A DNA stretch of 64,000 bases from Candidatus Omnitrophota bacterium (GTDB lineage Bacteria; Omnitrophota; Gorgyraeia; Pluralincolimonadales; Pluralincolimonadaceae), in assembly GCA_041651455.1 (NCBI GenBank), contig JBAZJG010000005.1:3882-67881 (forward strand), written 5' to 3'. The position numbers and the translations under genes are program-made. Shown one piece after another: positions 48,701-55,364 of this stretch; within the stretch, counting starts at the first letter, position 1, and each line of letters starts with the position of its first letter. The notes under the pieces are model-generated. The model searched no databases. It was not told the origin of the DNA and saw nothing but the letters and a program-made list of their open reading frames with translations.

Positions 48701-49019
48701 CCCGAGGTTCTTCAGCAACTGGATATGGATCGTTATCGCGATCGAGGCGGTCTACCTGCTGATATTGAACGTCGAGCATACTAAGGGCGACAGGATATAC
48801 CTGGGCAAGTTATTCAGCGAAATAATGATTAATGATTTCAACAGGCTCAATGAGAATGTCAGGGCCATGGAAGACATCTGGAAGAAACTGGACAGGATAT
48901 ACAAGGCCAAGCTTATCAGGACCTATGAGGACGAAGTCAGGGCCAAGAGGGCGATGACCGTTTACATGTCCAGGTGCATAAGGTCGTGGGAGGCGGGACA
49001 GCAGCAGAAGCCTACTTAG
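39792..49019 (+). CDS. 3075-aa envelope-spanning protein. Order: N-terminal TM anchor, ~1570-aa periplasmic region (alpha/alpha-toroid-like plus beta-rich), TM, cytoplasmic linker, TM cluster, FKS1/callose-synthase-like (GT48-like) glucan synthase core, ~10-TM C-terminal cluster
   Basis: ATGA overlap with the TolC-like gene, then one uninterrupted ORF. The GT48-type blocks are EEASERMRLYVNSW..MP..LPTFTAMV, YRPQWEEFV, IRKWANLTVQ, GKPSGLNQALPFVKGETVLFFDAN, EDALKLPVALSEF, AEYIF, FYGHSA, SEDILLA and EYLTFGKGRE. Hydrophobic clusters lie at 45.5-46.0 kb and 47.5-48.8 kb. Confidence 0.75.
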   Translation: MSGNMSKSGKKIAIVLVAVAAIFITARSCMHRSADVRDAAGTQQPIAAGAARTDNPLDHARQRDSALNAGELISFILEWTNPETGLVPTIISKSGQKNPFADLSYTYAQAVAHQNLIIAGSNDRSQAAAEIFRQRGETRDIPNCFNVRTGFSEDPLVTAGPNAYWGISFIREYKATGDEKWLTAAKRRADFLLKLQTDDGGIRKNPFQGNAEYKAKSTEENLDCYALFVMLSDITKENKYAVAASDVLKWLAESGVYDIEAGYFIAGTSDDQMNPLYATDANALAIIILGPELLDSEGKVRFGGAGTSRRILDSLDAAKVKVDYLHPSGVTIKDLEGFDFTDKFGRPGRKPVLSPEFTSQAVLAYLVMARHAKEKGDAEYSAKLIEDARRYLDNLGRMAARTGKSASLPYASEKGIRRYPFDNWLTPQGDADISATWASFPLSGFNPFALEGLGLRDALKDSAEWMSDTGEVIKPEKAFVIPEPEKIISEAELIAQQEAAREEAMRKPIVYYKVLYDQVNKDATIARRRVIAVLMTSYNCWFDGVLDTASRDYDVIGVDGNYKVFYKRFQDLPEATRKAVQSEYAYFDEPTGIKWRMAPKYNLYLDGQYKPYYAFEIDGDYNIIRQFASESDIPEENRADLKSAKAQFQSSRGLPEGHLIARYFTALEVDDEMNITNYYEAIDDLPGLVSKVPISEDEFRRYIKAKDWERLDLVSAGIIPDEKGMLAVQERGMYYARVLGLDETRRLRVGGVSVASGREIIMGTRFSLTNWRIGEASKTNAVKYEIGLIKGMVIKPREQFTGSGPSPTQPLWIYLGEDMIASETAEFKRRLMSLLKRIKSEKDAQTRLELVEQYDRLAGELAWYDENGFIHVIYYGVKAAEKRFGDFASAKARAENSLRTYESILGKDQLGRDLRDSYGRVWLKVINEATGRILYVEVYDMAGNLETIYSGKIDIDPLTKEVRSEIRTDLEYDKETLQVVGSHTYRTDENGDWVSDISESIFKGYTPDKKYFVSEVHIFDRDEDGRIIFEDGKARYTKKIEYYTPEGDISAQMVKNIITIVKYGANHEVVKEVFLERPGKVLTGENTNLDNLTQGLAWVRRYKTTGKILTFKDSLVKSLTSLPEEERETAALLILNRLGAEKVGRISDILMLEENEVTNNLTGDPAAAGEAPYFVFYEPGDSLGRQRLIVRGGTMEVPVDWIAEADIPSKTLTFNLAGELVSISDVDSSVRADSVLPPGYIERMAPLGINADTLLPQMKKRIFRMVTGEDGLPHFTNTVAITTVSYMIPDDVLGRELLNVKFVMLGDETTLHSGSALKLKRNIFGRDTLIESWKDERGEARTRAIAKKEDTVVYEWYKEGLGTGELRERLKSECGKIVKRKILEEALENVAEAPFGTMPGYHVIKPNGRIGEIKYFSGTVEYPRSVFSHPGVKVPYETEAPPFKLPDGPLIRGVKYGVLNSDYAFYDVHSLSGQLIVLERRFIILRLMNILPVQGGRQTEYYDPLVPYSYLRPIKIERDFRPGTQPEGTQPGTQIVAVFIGDASIYHRNGWQTQTFLERRPFDIEHWIRSDYEFDDNGVYKFKKEHIESSSIYLMRSIKWQKPLAFFAFVAGLFFLAGYVSRSRLKAGKRSRMAVARAASRPFSREVLARLSVPEELKAACIRVYEGHEPVSELFAASEKVFRPRIEECLRGFGADPAGHTASVNVLLDRIACRIGREDINLSNLFAVEAKEFGEWSKKNGHSVNIAAGRPGRDDLSVIVLFRLVFDESMEFRAAVTGFRNYLLDKSLGLLDEGRKGDILREIRGDTLAFLEALRPGYDRKLGLTKEYIFTYDDMSELFEGKRPGFIASFSQLAGKTAEQKLSWLASRAGKDAAADVKSYKSYIWLKTFPDKAGVPQFVWNLRRFWEFLVPMFAAVTLGGVAIALKRIPFAQRLSGAMGPIGATFVEVTALIFIGLIITMAFKRRTLGDYRPALRDAAGSKELRRSIRLFWIMFGSASYLWGLFSIFVIIWTVRIISKLTFVSAGWGLFINVSALLLTFTFILSSFFSLFYIIIALIGFYRGKREGIGQVISWAQMRRKFEASRRCFGQIITPSEAFWKSYWNSMITELYDYYVISAAERDGLVYSEKNAVPKLSSQPRAEEASERMRLYVNSWLMEMPKACSWNDLPTFTAMVTAFNEPVSFSFDELNGCDRGAEVTRLNHLIGFYRPQWEEFVGRLNSADLGHYITREQLKLLFGLKKLPEGLPEQLKEKIRKWANLTVQCVEKTAVEVYRIRDAFAAYARACYPGISEKAVSEMVSDKVQILLNYEGYHSAATRDSDKEALRRIMKELPFLDVYWAAPEGDEKGTDRGLHRYNPSTDSIELIETAPFTSTVKKGKPSGLNQALPFVKGETVLFFDANCSVRIEDALKLPVALSEFADDPSLGEVLFAEYIFNKNYSWISQAIGFNEETFVSVTQRTLNIFQACGFYGHSAIIKTDMITAACGLPQDYISEDILLATALWKKGLRTSHKEYLTFGKGRETSYFTSLVPLTKWAMGSSDAAIGRVMRGILDSRNVHVAQKFMLMFGFSFFYQTPLMFVINFLYLWLMICWGINGFMAVPYPIVFGILGLLFNQAITATGVAYLVEHYGFRKSFSAYMKLVAKNHFFYASVIPAYAFGFLAGLKGKAVFIISPKGWNLGHLPLKTIWGEKRAILKAALFSTMVGLPLAYLFVSTETVPLWISPFIPFLPFAVVAAMYLAGLRWKETGLGFLKDWRDEIVPDGDIRKMSVIKLQMIYAMVLLVFTGVGFVMWGLIFSSLAVKALFIFSVLYISTTLSFIIMPLFAHSQPVALFKEITISKFWNYAVIPMLLASIVLGAVSIMSSPATASPESVVYTLLGISMLVGWALLKWKLSGYARLDRWLRQNLAGYASSSPVRKADLMDDIYFAHQELIQSDRQEELKYSRKAGKAKAVFVFTLSAALLMYFTSEFYPRFFSNWIWIVIAIEAVYLLILNVEHTKGDRIYLGKLFSEIMINDFNRLNENVRAMEDIWKKLDRIYKAKLIRTYEDEVRAKRAMTVYMSRCIRSWEAGQQQKPT

Positions 49020-50391
49020 TATTGTAGCTTTCTTTCAAAACCTCGTGGTAGTAGAGCCAATCGTCGCTAACCTTCTTCATCGCGCTGTAGAGGTTCCTGT
49101 AATCGTCGTAGATATCGCATTCGAACTCGATATTACGCCTTCCGCTCAGGAAATGCGCGAAGAGCTTGTAGTTCATCTCCTTGCGCAGGAAGTTCTTCTT
49201 CTTGAGGGCATAGAAGAGCGATCCGCTGCCTTCGAAGCAGTTCATTATCCTTACCCATTCGCAGGCGATGAATATGCAGTTCTTGTAGCTTCCGAACAGG
49301 TCGACCGTGTCGCAGTCGATGAATACGCATGATTCGAGCTTGCTCGACGGTTTTATCTTCTTGCTCCTGACGAAATAGTTGCCGTTCTCGTCCGGTTTGG
49401 ATATCTGCGCGGTCAGCTTGCGCAGCAATTCGAGATATGTCATTATGTTTGACGCCCAGTCGATCCAGTAGCCCCTGGCGATGGCGCCGCCGACGCTTAT
49501 CTCGTATTGCTGAAGGCATTCCCTCATTGCGAGCTGTATCTTCGATAGCGCCTTCTTCTCCAGGACGAGCGACTCGCAGACCAGCTTGTTGAAGCTCCAT
49601 TCGGTCGCGTTCAGGTGCGCGATGAAGTCCTTGTTCTTCTCCTTGGAGCAGAAGAGGTCGACCGCGTTCTGCAGCTTATCCAGGCTGTCTTTTGTGGTGA
49701 ATAGCTGGAACGTATTCGCGAGCGTCATACCCTTTGTATATTTAGGTATCAATTTTTCGTCGAAGGTCTTTTCGTAAAAAGAGGATATGCCGTTATTAGA
49801 GTCGAGCTTAGCCGTGCCGAGGCTCCCGAGGGCCCTGTTTATCTGTATCGGGGTCAGCAGCATGGAAGCCGTATGCGAGTTAAGCGATCTCAGCAGGCCG
49901 TTTATGTCCACATCGGCGTAATCGAAACACTGGTCGATCGGAAGTATGATAACCGTGTTCTTCAAAAGCGGGATGCTCTTGGCGATGCACGGAAGAAGCA
50001 TGTCCGGCGCCCGGCCTTCGGGGAACCTTATGCTCGCCTTTGACGGCGTGCCGAATTCATAAGAGAGGGGGAATATCCTCGTGGCGAGGCCGGCGTCATG
50101 GATATATACAATAGTATCGAAGGAATCAAGCTTCTTCTTGGAAAGGAGCCTCTTTATACGCTCGTGGGTCTTGAGGTAACCGGTAAGGTTACCGCGGGTC
50201 TGGCCCATCTCGGCCATCCCGACAAGCTCGACGTCTATCGTCTTGTTATACCGCTCCCTGAGCTTCTTCTTGAAGAGCTGTTTGAGGTCGAGAGAGAACT
50301 CAAGCTTATCATAAGAGTTCAGTACGAGCAGTACCCTGTCCGCGACCTCATTTTTTACTTTTAGGTTCTCCAGTACGGTAGTCTTAGCCAT
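49012..50391 (-). CDS. Hypothetical cytoplasmic protein; weak motif-level resemblance to nucleotide-sugar pyrophosphorylase-type folds
   Basis: The 459-aa ORF has clean coding character, is Lys/Asn/Phe-rich and has no TM segment. The motif VYIHDAGLATRIFPLSYEFGTPSKASIRFP loosely recalls the G-x-x-(S/T)-R-x-x-P-(L)-(S/T)...K loop of NDP-sugar pyrophosphorylases and fucokinase-N-type domains. Its 3' end overlaps the giant gene by 8 bp. Confidence 0.6.
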   Translation of the reverse strand: MAKTTVLENLKVKNEVADRVLLVLNSYDKLEFSLDLKQLFKKKLRERYNKTIDVELVGMAEMGQTRGNLTGYLKTHERIKRLLSKKKLDSFDTIVYIHDAGLATRIFPLSYEFGTPSKASIRFPEGRAPDMLLPCIAKSIPLLKNTVIILPIDQCFDYADVDINGLLRSLNSHTASMLLTPIQINRALGSLGTAKLDSNNGISSFYEKTFDEKLIPKYTKGMTLANTFQLFTTKDSLDKLQNAVDLFCSKEKNKDFIAHLNATEWSFNKLVCESLVLEKKALSKIQLAMRECLQQYEISVGGAIARGYWIDWASNIMTYLELLRKLTAQISKPDENGNYFVRSKKIKPSSKLESCVFIDCDTVDLFGSYKNCIFIACEWVRIMNCFEGSGSLFYALKKKNFLRKEMNYKLFAHFLSGRRNIEFECDIYDDYRNLYSAMKKVSDDWLYYHEVLKESYNTK

Positions 50392-50398
50392 TTACGAA

Positions 50399-50427
50399 AA
50401 TATACCCTTTTTTATTAAAAAAGTCAA
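50399..50427 (-). promoter_or_regulatory. Promoter of the 459-aa gene; predicts a leaderless mRNA
   Basis: On the minus strand: TTGACT (50427-50422), a 17-nt spacer, then TATATT (50404-50399). Only 7 nt (TTCGTAA) separate it from ATG (50391-50389), and there is no SD. Confidence 0.55.
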
Positions 50428-50442
50428 GCATTTTGGCCTGCC

Positions 50443-50471
50443 TTGACATTTCTAACCCTATGTGGTATACT
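50443..50471 (+). promoter_or_regulatory. Sigma70-type promoter of cvpA
   Basis: TTGACA (50443-50448), a 17-nt spacer, then TATACT (50466-50471). Confidence 0.6.
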
Positions 50472-50491
50472 TGCTTCCAAATATCAGGAGA

Positions 50492-51028
50492 ATGATCTTG
50501 CCGGAAGCGGTCCAGCGTATAAATTGGGTTGATGTCTTAACCGTAATCCTTTTGCTAAGAACATGTTATATCGGCGCCAGGACCGGCCTATCGGAAGAGG
50601 TCTTCAGGATGATAGGCGTCATTTTCGCCCTGTATATTTCAATGAGTTTTTACTCTCCGCTCGGGAGCAGGATCAATGCGAGTTTTTCCCTGCCTCAGGA
50701 ACTTGTCGACGGGGTTTCTTTTTTAATTCTAATTTTACTGTCTATGTTAAGTCTTAAGTTAGTCGCCCTCGGCGTGACGAAGGTGGTCAAGCTCGCGTTC
50801 GCCGACAAGATAAACCAGTGGGGCGGGTTCATATCGGGATTGCTGAGGGGCGCTTTACTCCTCAGCCTGCTCTTCACGCTGTTCGGGATATTGCAGGTGG
50901 ATTACCTCGTGAAGTCGGTCGAAGAACGTTCCCTGACCGGCCCGTATATAAGCAAGATCGCGCCGTACGCATACCAGGTTGTCGTAAGGAACTCCCCCGA
51001 AGCAATAAAAATAGAAGAACAAAAATAA
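50492..51028 (+). CDS. cvpA: CvpA family (colicin V production) membrane protein
   Basis: ..INWVDVLTVILLLRTCYIGARTGLSEEVFRMIGVIFALYISMSFY.. with 4 TM segments. The ORF-track start at 50462 lies inside the promoter. The likely start is ATG 50492, or the in-frame TTG 50498, which is better spaced from AGGAG at 50486-50490. Confidence 0.75.
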   Translation: MILPEAVQRINWVDVLTVILLLRTCYIGARTGLSEEVFRMIGVIFALYISMSFYSPLGSRINASFSLPQELVDGVSFLILILLSMLSLKLVALGVTKVVKLAFADKINQWGGFISGLLRGALLLSLLFTLFGILQVDYLVKSVEERSLTGPYISKIAPYAYQVVVRNSPEAIKIEEQK

Positions 51029-51040
51029 CAGGAGGATGAG

Positions 51041-52000
51041 TTGAAATTATCGAAGATCTATGATCTCGTGGTAAGGGAAGGTATTGCCGCCGACCCGCGC
51101 GGAAAAGATGCGGTCGCGAAAGTCCTCTCGAAAGCCGGTAGGGATTACGAGGCGCTGAAGGAGAAGGATAAGCAGTATTTCGACAAGGAGAGGCTGCGGA
51201 ACCCTTACGCGGACACGAGGATACTTTACGGCAGCGGCTCTACGGAGGTCAAGCGTATAATCGTAGGCGTCGATATGGAAGTGGGCGAGGTCGTCCTGGC
51301 CGACAGGCTCAGGGAGAAAGGGATGAAGATAGACCTCATACTGGCCCACCACCCGGAAGGCCGCGCATGGGCGAATTTTTATGAGGTGATGAATATGCAG
51401 CCGGACATATGGGCGAAGTTCGGCGTACCGATAAATGTCGCGGAAGGGATAATGAAGGACAGGGTAAAAGAGGTCGAGCGCAGGGTCATGCCGGCCAACC
51501 ATACGCGCACGGTCGACGCCGCGAGATTGCTCGACATCCCCATGATGTGCGCGCATACGGTGGCGGACAACCATGTCGTCTCGTATTTGCAGAAGCTCAT
51601 GGACTCGAAAGCGCCGGACACGGTTGCCGAGGTCATAGACATACTGAAAGAGATACCCGAATACCAGCAAGCGATGAAGGTCAACGCCGGGCCGCGCGTA
51701 TTTTTCGGGGATCCGAAGAACAGGGCGGGCAAGGTCTTCGTGGACATGACCGGAGGCACCGAAGGCCCGACCAACATGTTCGAGAAGCTCGAAGACGCCG
51801 GGGTCGGCACGATCGTCGCGATGCACCTCGGAGAGGACCACCTGAAGAACGCGCAGAAAGGCCACCTGAACGTGGTCATCGCAGGGCACATATCGAGCGA
51901 TAACCTCGGCCTGAACCTGCTCTTCGACAAGCTCGCGAAAGAGGAAAAGCTTGAGTTCATCGGTTGTTCGGGCTTCGAAAGGGTAAGCCGCGGCAAATAA
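51041..52000 (+). CDS. Nif3-like dinuclear metal center protein
   Basis: The HHP motif (LILAHHPEG), MCAHTVADN and the C-terminal VIAGHISSD metal ligands are present. The start is TTG after AGGAGGA. Confidence 0.8.
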   Translation: MKLSKIYDLVVREGIAADPRGKDAVAKVLSKAGRDYEALKEKDKQYFDKERLRNPYADTRILYGSGSTEVKRIIVGVDMEVGEVVLADRLREKGMKIDLILAHHPEGRAWANFYEVMNMQPDIWAKFGVPINVAEGIMKDRVKEVERRVMPANHTRTVDAARLLDIPMMCAHTVADNHVVSYLQKLMDSKAPDTVAEVIDILKEIPEYQQAMKVNAGPRVFFGDPKNRAGKVFVDMTGGTEGPTNMFEKLEDAGVGTIVAMHLGEDHLKNAQKGHLNVVIAGHISSDNLGLNLLFDKLAKEEKLEFIGCSGFERVSRGK

Positions 52001-53772
52001 TGGCGTTTTCGGAACAGGTATTAGAAGAGATACAGAGCAAGTCCGATATCGTCGAGATCATCGGAAGCTACATACCGCTCAGGCGCGCCGGAAGGAATTA
52101 CAAGGCGAACTGCCCGTTCCATAAGGAAAAGACCCCGTCATTCATGATTAGCCCCGCGAAACAGATCTTCCATTGTTTCGGGTGCGGCGCGGGCGGGAAC
52201 GTCTTCGGGTTCGTGATGAAGATGGAGAACATAGATTTCCCGGAGGCGGTAAGGACCCTGGCGGAAAAAGCCGGCGTAAAACTCCCGAGCTTCACGCGCA
52301 GCCAGTTCGAGACGAGCAGTTACGCGGTGCAGATATACAAGACGAACGAGATGGCAGCGGCATATTACCGTTCTATGCTGTTGAGCACGGATGCCGGAAA
52401 GCGCGCGGCGGCATACCTGAAGAACCGCGGCATAAGCGAAGAGGCAGCTAAGAAGGCGGGCCTCGGGTTCGCGCCGGACGAATGGAGCGGGCTCATAAAC
52501 TACGCGAAGGGCAAGGGCGTAGACATAGCGGTGCTCGAGCGTTCGGGCCTCGTCGTCCCGAAAGAGGGAGGCGGGCACTACGACAGGTTCAGGAACAAGG
52601 TCATCTTCCCGATATTTGACATAAAGGACAGGGTTGTCGCTTTCGGCGCAAGGGTGCTGGACAACTCGGTCCCGAAGTACATAAATTCTCCCGAGACTGA
52701 GGTCTATATAAAGAGCAGGCACCTCTACGGCCTTAACTTTTCGGTCAAGGAGGTAAAGGAGAAGGACCTCTGCATAATCGTGGAGGGCTATCTCGATTTC
52801 CTTGTGCCATACGATATGGGCGCCGGGAATATCGCGGCTTCCCTCGGGACGAGCCTCACGGACTCGCAGGCGAGGCTTATCAAAAGATATACGAAGAACG
52901 TGGTCATGCTCTATGACGGGGATTCCGCAGGCGAGGCAGCGTCGTTGCGCGGACTGGATGTTTTCCTCCAGGAGAACATCACCGTGAAGGTCGCGGTTCT
53001 GCCGAAGGGTTTCGACCCGGATTCCTTCATAAGGGGCAAAGGACTCGCGGCGTTCGAGGCGCTCATCTCGTCGGCTTCGGACCTGTTCGATTACAAGTTA
53101 GGGATATTGTCGTCGAGATACGACGGCCGCACTTCATCGGGCAAGGCGAAGATATGCTCCGAGATGCTGCCGACGATAGCGAAGGTCTCCGACGCGGTAC
53201 TGAAGTTCGAGTTCATAAGGAGGCTGTCGGAGAAGCTCCAGATACGGGAAGAGGCGCTCCTTTCGGAGATAAAGAAGGTAAAGCCCCAGGACCGCGGCTA
53301 TGAGCTCCCGGAGGAGTTCGCCTCAGAGAGCAGGCCGCAGGCCGCGATGGCCGAGAAGATAATTGTCGGGCTTATGCTCGAGGACCCGGACGTCATAGCC
53401 GAGGTAAAGGGAAAGCTGAAACCCTCGGATTTCGAGGACCAGGCGGCCAGGAAGGTCGTCGAGGAGATATTCGCGAATTACGGCGACGGGAAGTCGTTCA
53501 ACCCTTCCCGGCTCATAAACAAATTGTCGGACCCGGAACTTACGAGGCTCATTGCGGAGTCGACAAGCCTGATCGAAGATATAAAGGACAAGCAGAAGAA
53601 CCTCGAGGATTGCATCAGGTGGATGGCGGCCAAGCACGCGAAGGCGCGGCTCGCGGAATTACAGAACCTTATTAAGGCGGCCCAGGTCATGGGCGACGAA
53701 GGCAAGGTAAACCAGCTCGTCGCCGAATACAGCGGCCTGATAAAATACCAGAAAGAATTTGCCAGGAGATGA
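52000..53772 (+). CDS. dnaG: DNA primase
   Basis: [67 protein letters not shown] is the zinc-ribbon N-terminus. The TOPRIM motif is IIVEGYLD...YDGDSAG. ATG 52000 overlaps the upstream TAA by 1 nt. Confidence 0.9.
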   Translation: MAFSEQVLEEIQSKSDIVEIIGSYIPLRRAGRNYKANCPFHKEKTPSFMISPAKQIFHCFGCGAGGNVFGFVMKMENIDFPEAVRTLAEKAGVKLPSFTRSQFETSSYAVQIYKTNEMAAAYYRSMLLSTDAGKRAAAYLKNRGISEEAAKKAGLGFAPDEWSGLINYAKGKGVDIAVLERSGLVVPKEGGGHYDRFRNKVIFPIFDIKDRVVAFGARVLDNSVPKYINSPETEVYIKSRHLYGLNFSVKEVKEKDLCIIVEGYLDFLVPYDMGAGNIAASLGTSLTDSQARLIKRYTKNVVMLYDGDSAGEAASLRGLDVFLQENITVKVAVLPKGFDPDSFIRGKGLAAFEALISSASDLFDYKLGILSSRYDGRTSSGKAKICSEMLPTIAKVSDAVLKFEFIRRLSEKLQIREEALLSEIKKVKPQDRGYELPEEFASESRPQAAMAEKIIVGLMLEDPDVIAEVKGKLKPSDFEDQAARKVVEEIFANYGDGKSFNPSRLINKLSDPELTRLIAESTSLIEDIKDKQKNLEDCIRWMAAKHAKARLAELQNLIKAAQVMGDEGKVNQLVAEYSGLIKYQKEFARR

Positions 53773-55364
53773 CTGCAGTGAAGAAGACGGACATTAGGAA
53801 AAGGATAAAGGGCCTTGAGAAGCTCATAGCCCTCGGCAAGGAGAAGGGGCACCTCACTTTCGAGGAGGTAAACAACCTGCTTCCCGAGGAAGTGACGTCC
53901 TCCGAGGATATCGACGAGATATTCGCGGTCCTCGACAAGGAGAAGATCGAGATAATCGACTCCGAAGAGGAGAAGGAGCTCAAGGAAGAGGCGATGGAGG
54001 AGGAGAAGGAAGAGCACCATAAGCACGAGGCAGAGGCAGAAGAGCTCCCCCGCATGGCCGTCATGGAAGACCCTGTCCGCATGTACCTGAAGCAGATGGG
54101 GCAGATCTCGCTCTTGACGCGCGAGCAGGAGTTAGAGCTCGCGAAGAAGATAAAAGAAGCGGAGTTCAGGTTCCGCGAAGCGGTCTTCGAGTGCAAGTTC
54201 TGCAGGAGGGAGATCCTCCAGCTCGTAAACGATATCCTCGCGAGGCAGGTCAACATAGACGAGGTCGTCGATATAGACCCGACCGAGAAGATAGAGAAGG
54301 TCGTGAAGAAGATGCAGCGCCTGACCAAGAGGCTGCGCGGCGCAAAGAAGACGACGAACCTCGTGCCGCTTCTGATGGAATTCAGGTTCTCGACTTCCGT
54401 GGTCGAAGACCTTTCGAACATGATGAAATACCTTGTCGCCGACATAGAGAAGATAGACAGGGACGTCGTCAGGTTAAGGGGCAGGGCGCCGAGGGGGCAT
54501 ATCTCCGGGATCAAGGAGAGGAAGCGCAAGATACTCCGCGATTTCGGCGAGCCGCTGCTGAAGATAAAGGACAGGTTGGCTTACGTTAGGCGCCGCGAAA
54601 GGCAGTTCGAGAGCGCGCAGAAGAAACTCGTCGAGGCGAACCTCAGGCTCGTTGTGTCGATCGCTAAAAAATACACGAACAGGGGCTTATCGTTCCTCGA
54701 CCTCATACAGGAAGGCAATATCGGCCTGATGCGCGCGGTCGACAAGTTCGAATACGAGCGCGGATACAAGTTCTCGACGTACGCGACGTGGTGGATAAGG
54801 CAGGCGATAACCCGCGCTATTGCGGACCAGGCGCGCACTATCAGGATCCCGGTCCATATGACCGAGACGATAAACAAGCTCATACGCGTATCGCGCAACC
54901 TCGTGCAGGAGACAGGCCGCGAGCCGCTTCCCGAGGAGATCGCGCACGAGATGAGGATGGCGACCGAGAAGGTGCGCGGTATCCTCAAGATAGCTCAGGA
55001 ACCCATATCCCTGCAGACGCCGGTCGGCGACGAGGGAGATACGCATTTCGGCGATTTCATCGAGGACAAACGTGCCGTCTCCCCTGCAAATGCCACGGCA
55101 TATTCGATGCTCAAGGAACAGCTCGAGGACGTGCTGACCACGCTGACCGAAAGGGAGAAGAAGGTACTGAAGCTCCGTTTCGGCATCGGCGACGGCTGCC
55201 CGAGGACGCTCGAAGAGGTCGGCTCGATATTCAATGTCACGAGGGAGAGGGTAAGACAGATAGAAGCTAAGGCCCTGCGCAAGCTGCGCCATCCGATACG
55301 CTCGAAGAAGCTCAAGACGTTCCTCGAGATGGGATTGGGCCTGGGAGAGGAGAGTGCTTCCTAA
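53769..55364 (+). CDS. rpoD: RNA polymerase sigma factor RpoD
   Basis: ATGA overlap with dnaG. The acidic region 1 is followed by region 2 ([30 protein letters not shown]) and region 4 ([30 protein letters not shown]). Confidence 0.95.
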   Translation: MTAVKKTDIRKRIKGLEKLIALGKEKGHLTFEEVNNLLPEEVTSSEDIDEIFAVLDKEKIEIIDSEEEKELKEEAMEEEKEEHHKHEAEAEELPRMAVMEDPVRMYLKQMGQISLLTREQELELAKKIKEAEFRFREAVFECKFCRREILQLVNDILARQVNIDEVVDIDPTEKIEKVVKKMQRLTKRLRGAKKTTNLVPLLMEFRFSTSVVEDLSNMMKYLVADIEKIDRDVVRLRGRAPRGHISGIKERKRKILRDFGEPLLKIKDRLAYVRRRERQFESAQKKLVEANLRLVVSIAKKYTNRGLSFLDLIQEGNIGLMRAVDKFEYERGYKFSTYATWWIRQAITRAIADQARTIRIPVHMTETINKLIRVSRNLVQETGREPLPEEIAHEMRMATEKVRGILKIAQEPISLQTPVGDEGDTHFGDFIEDKRAVSPANATAYSMLKEQLEDVLTTLTEREKKVLKLRFGIGDGCPRTLEEVGSIFNVTRERVRQIEAKALRKLRHPIRSKKLKTFLEMGLGLGEESAS

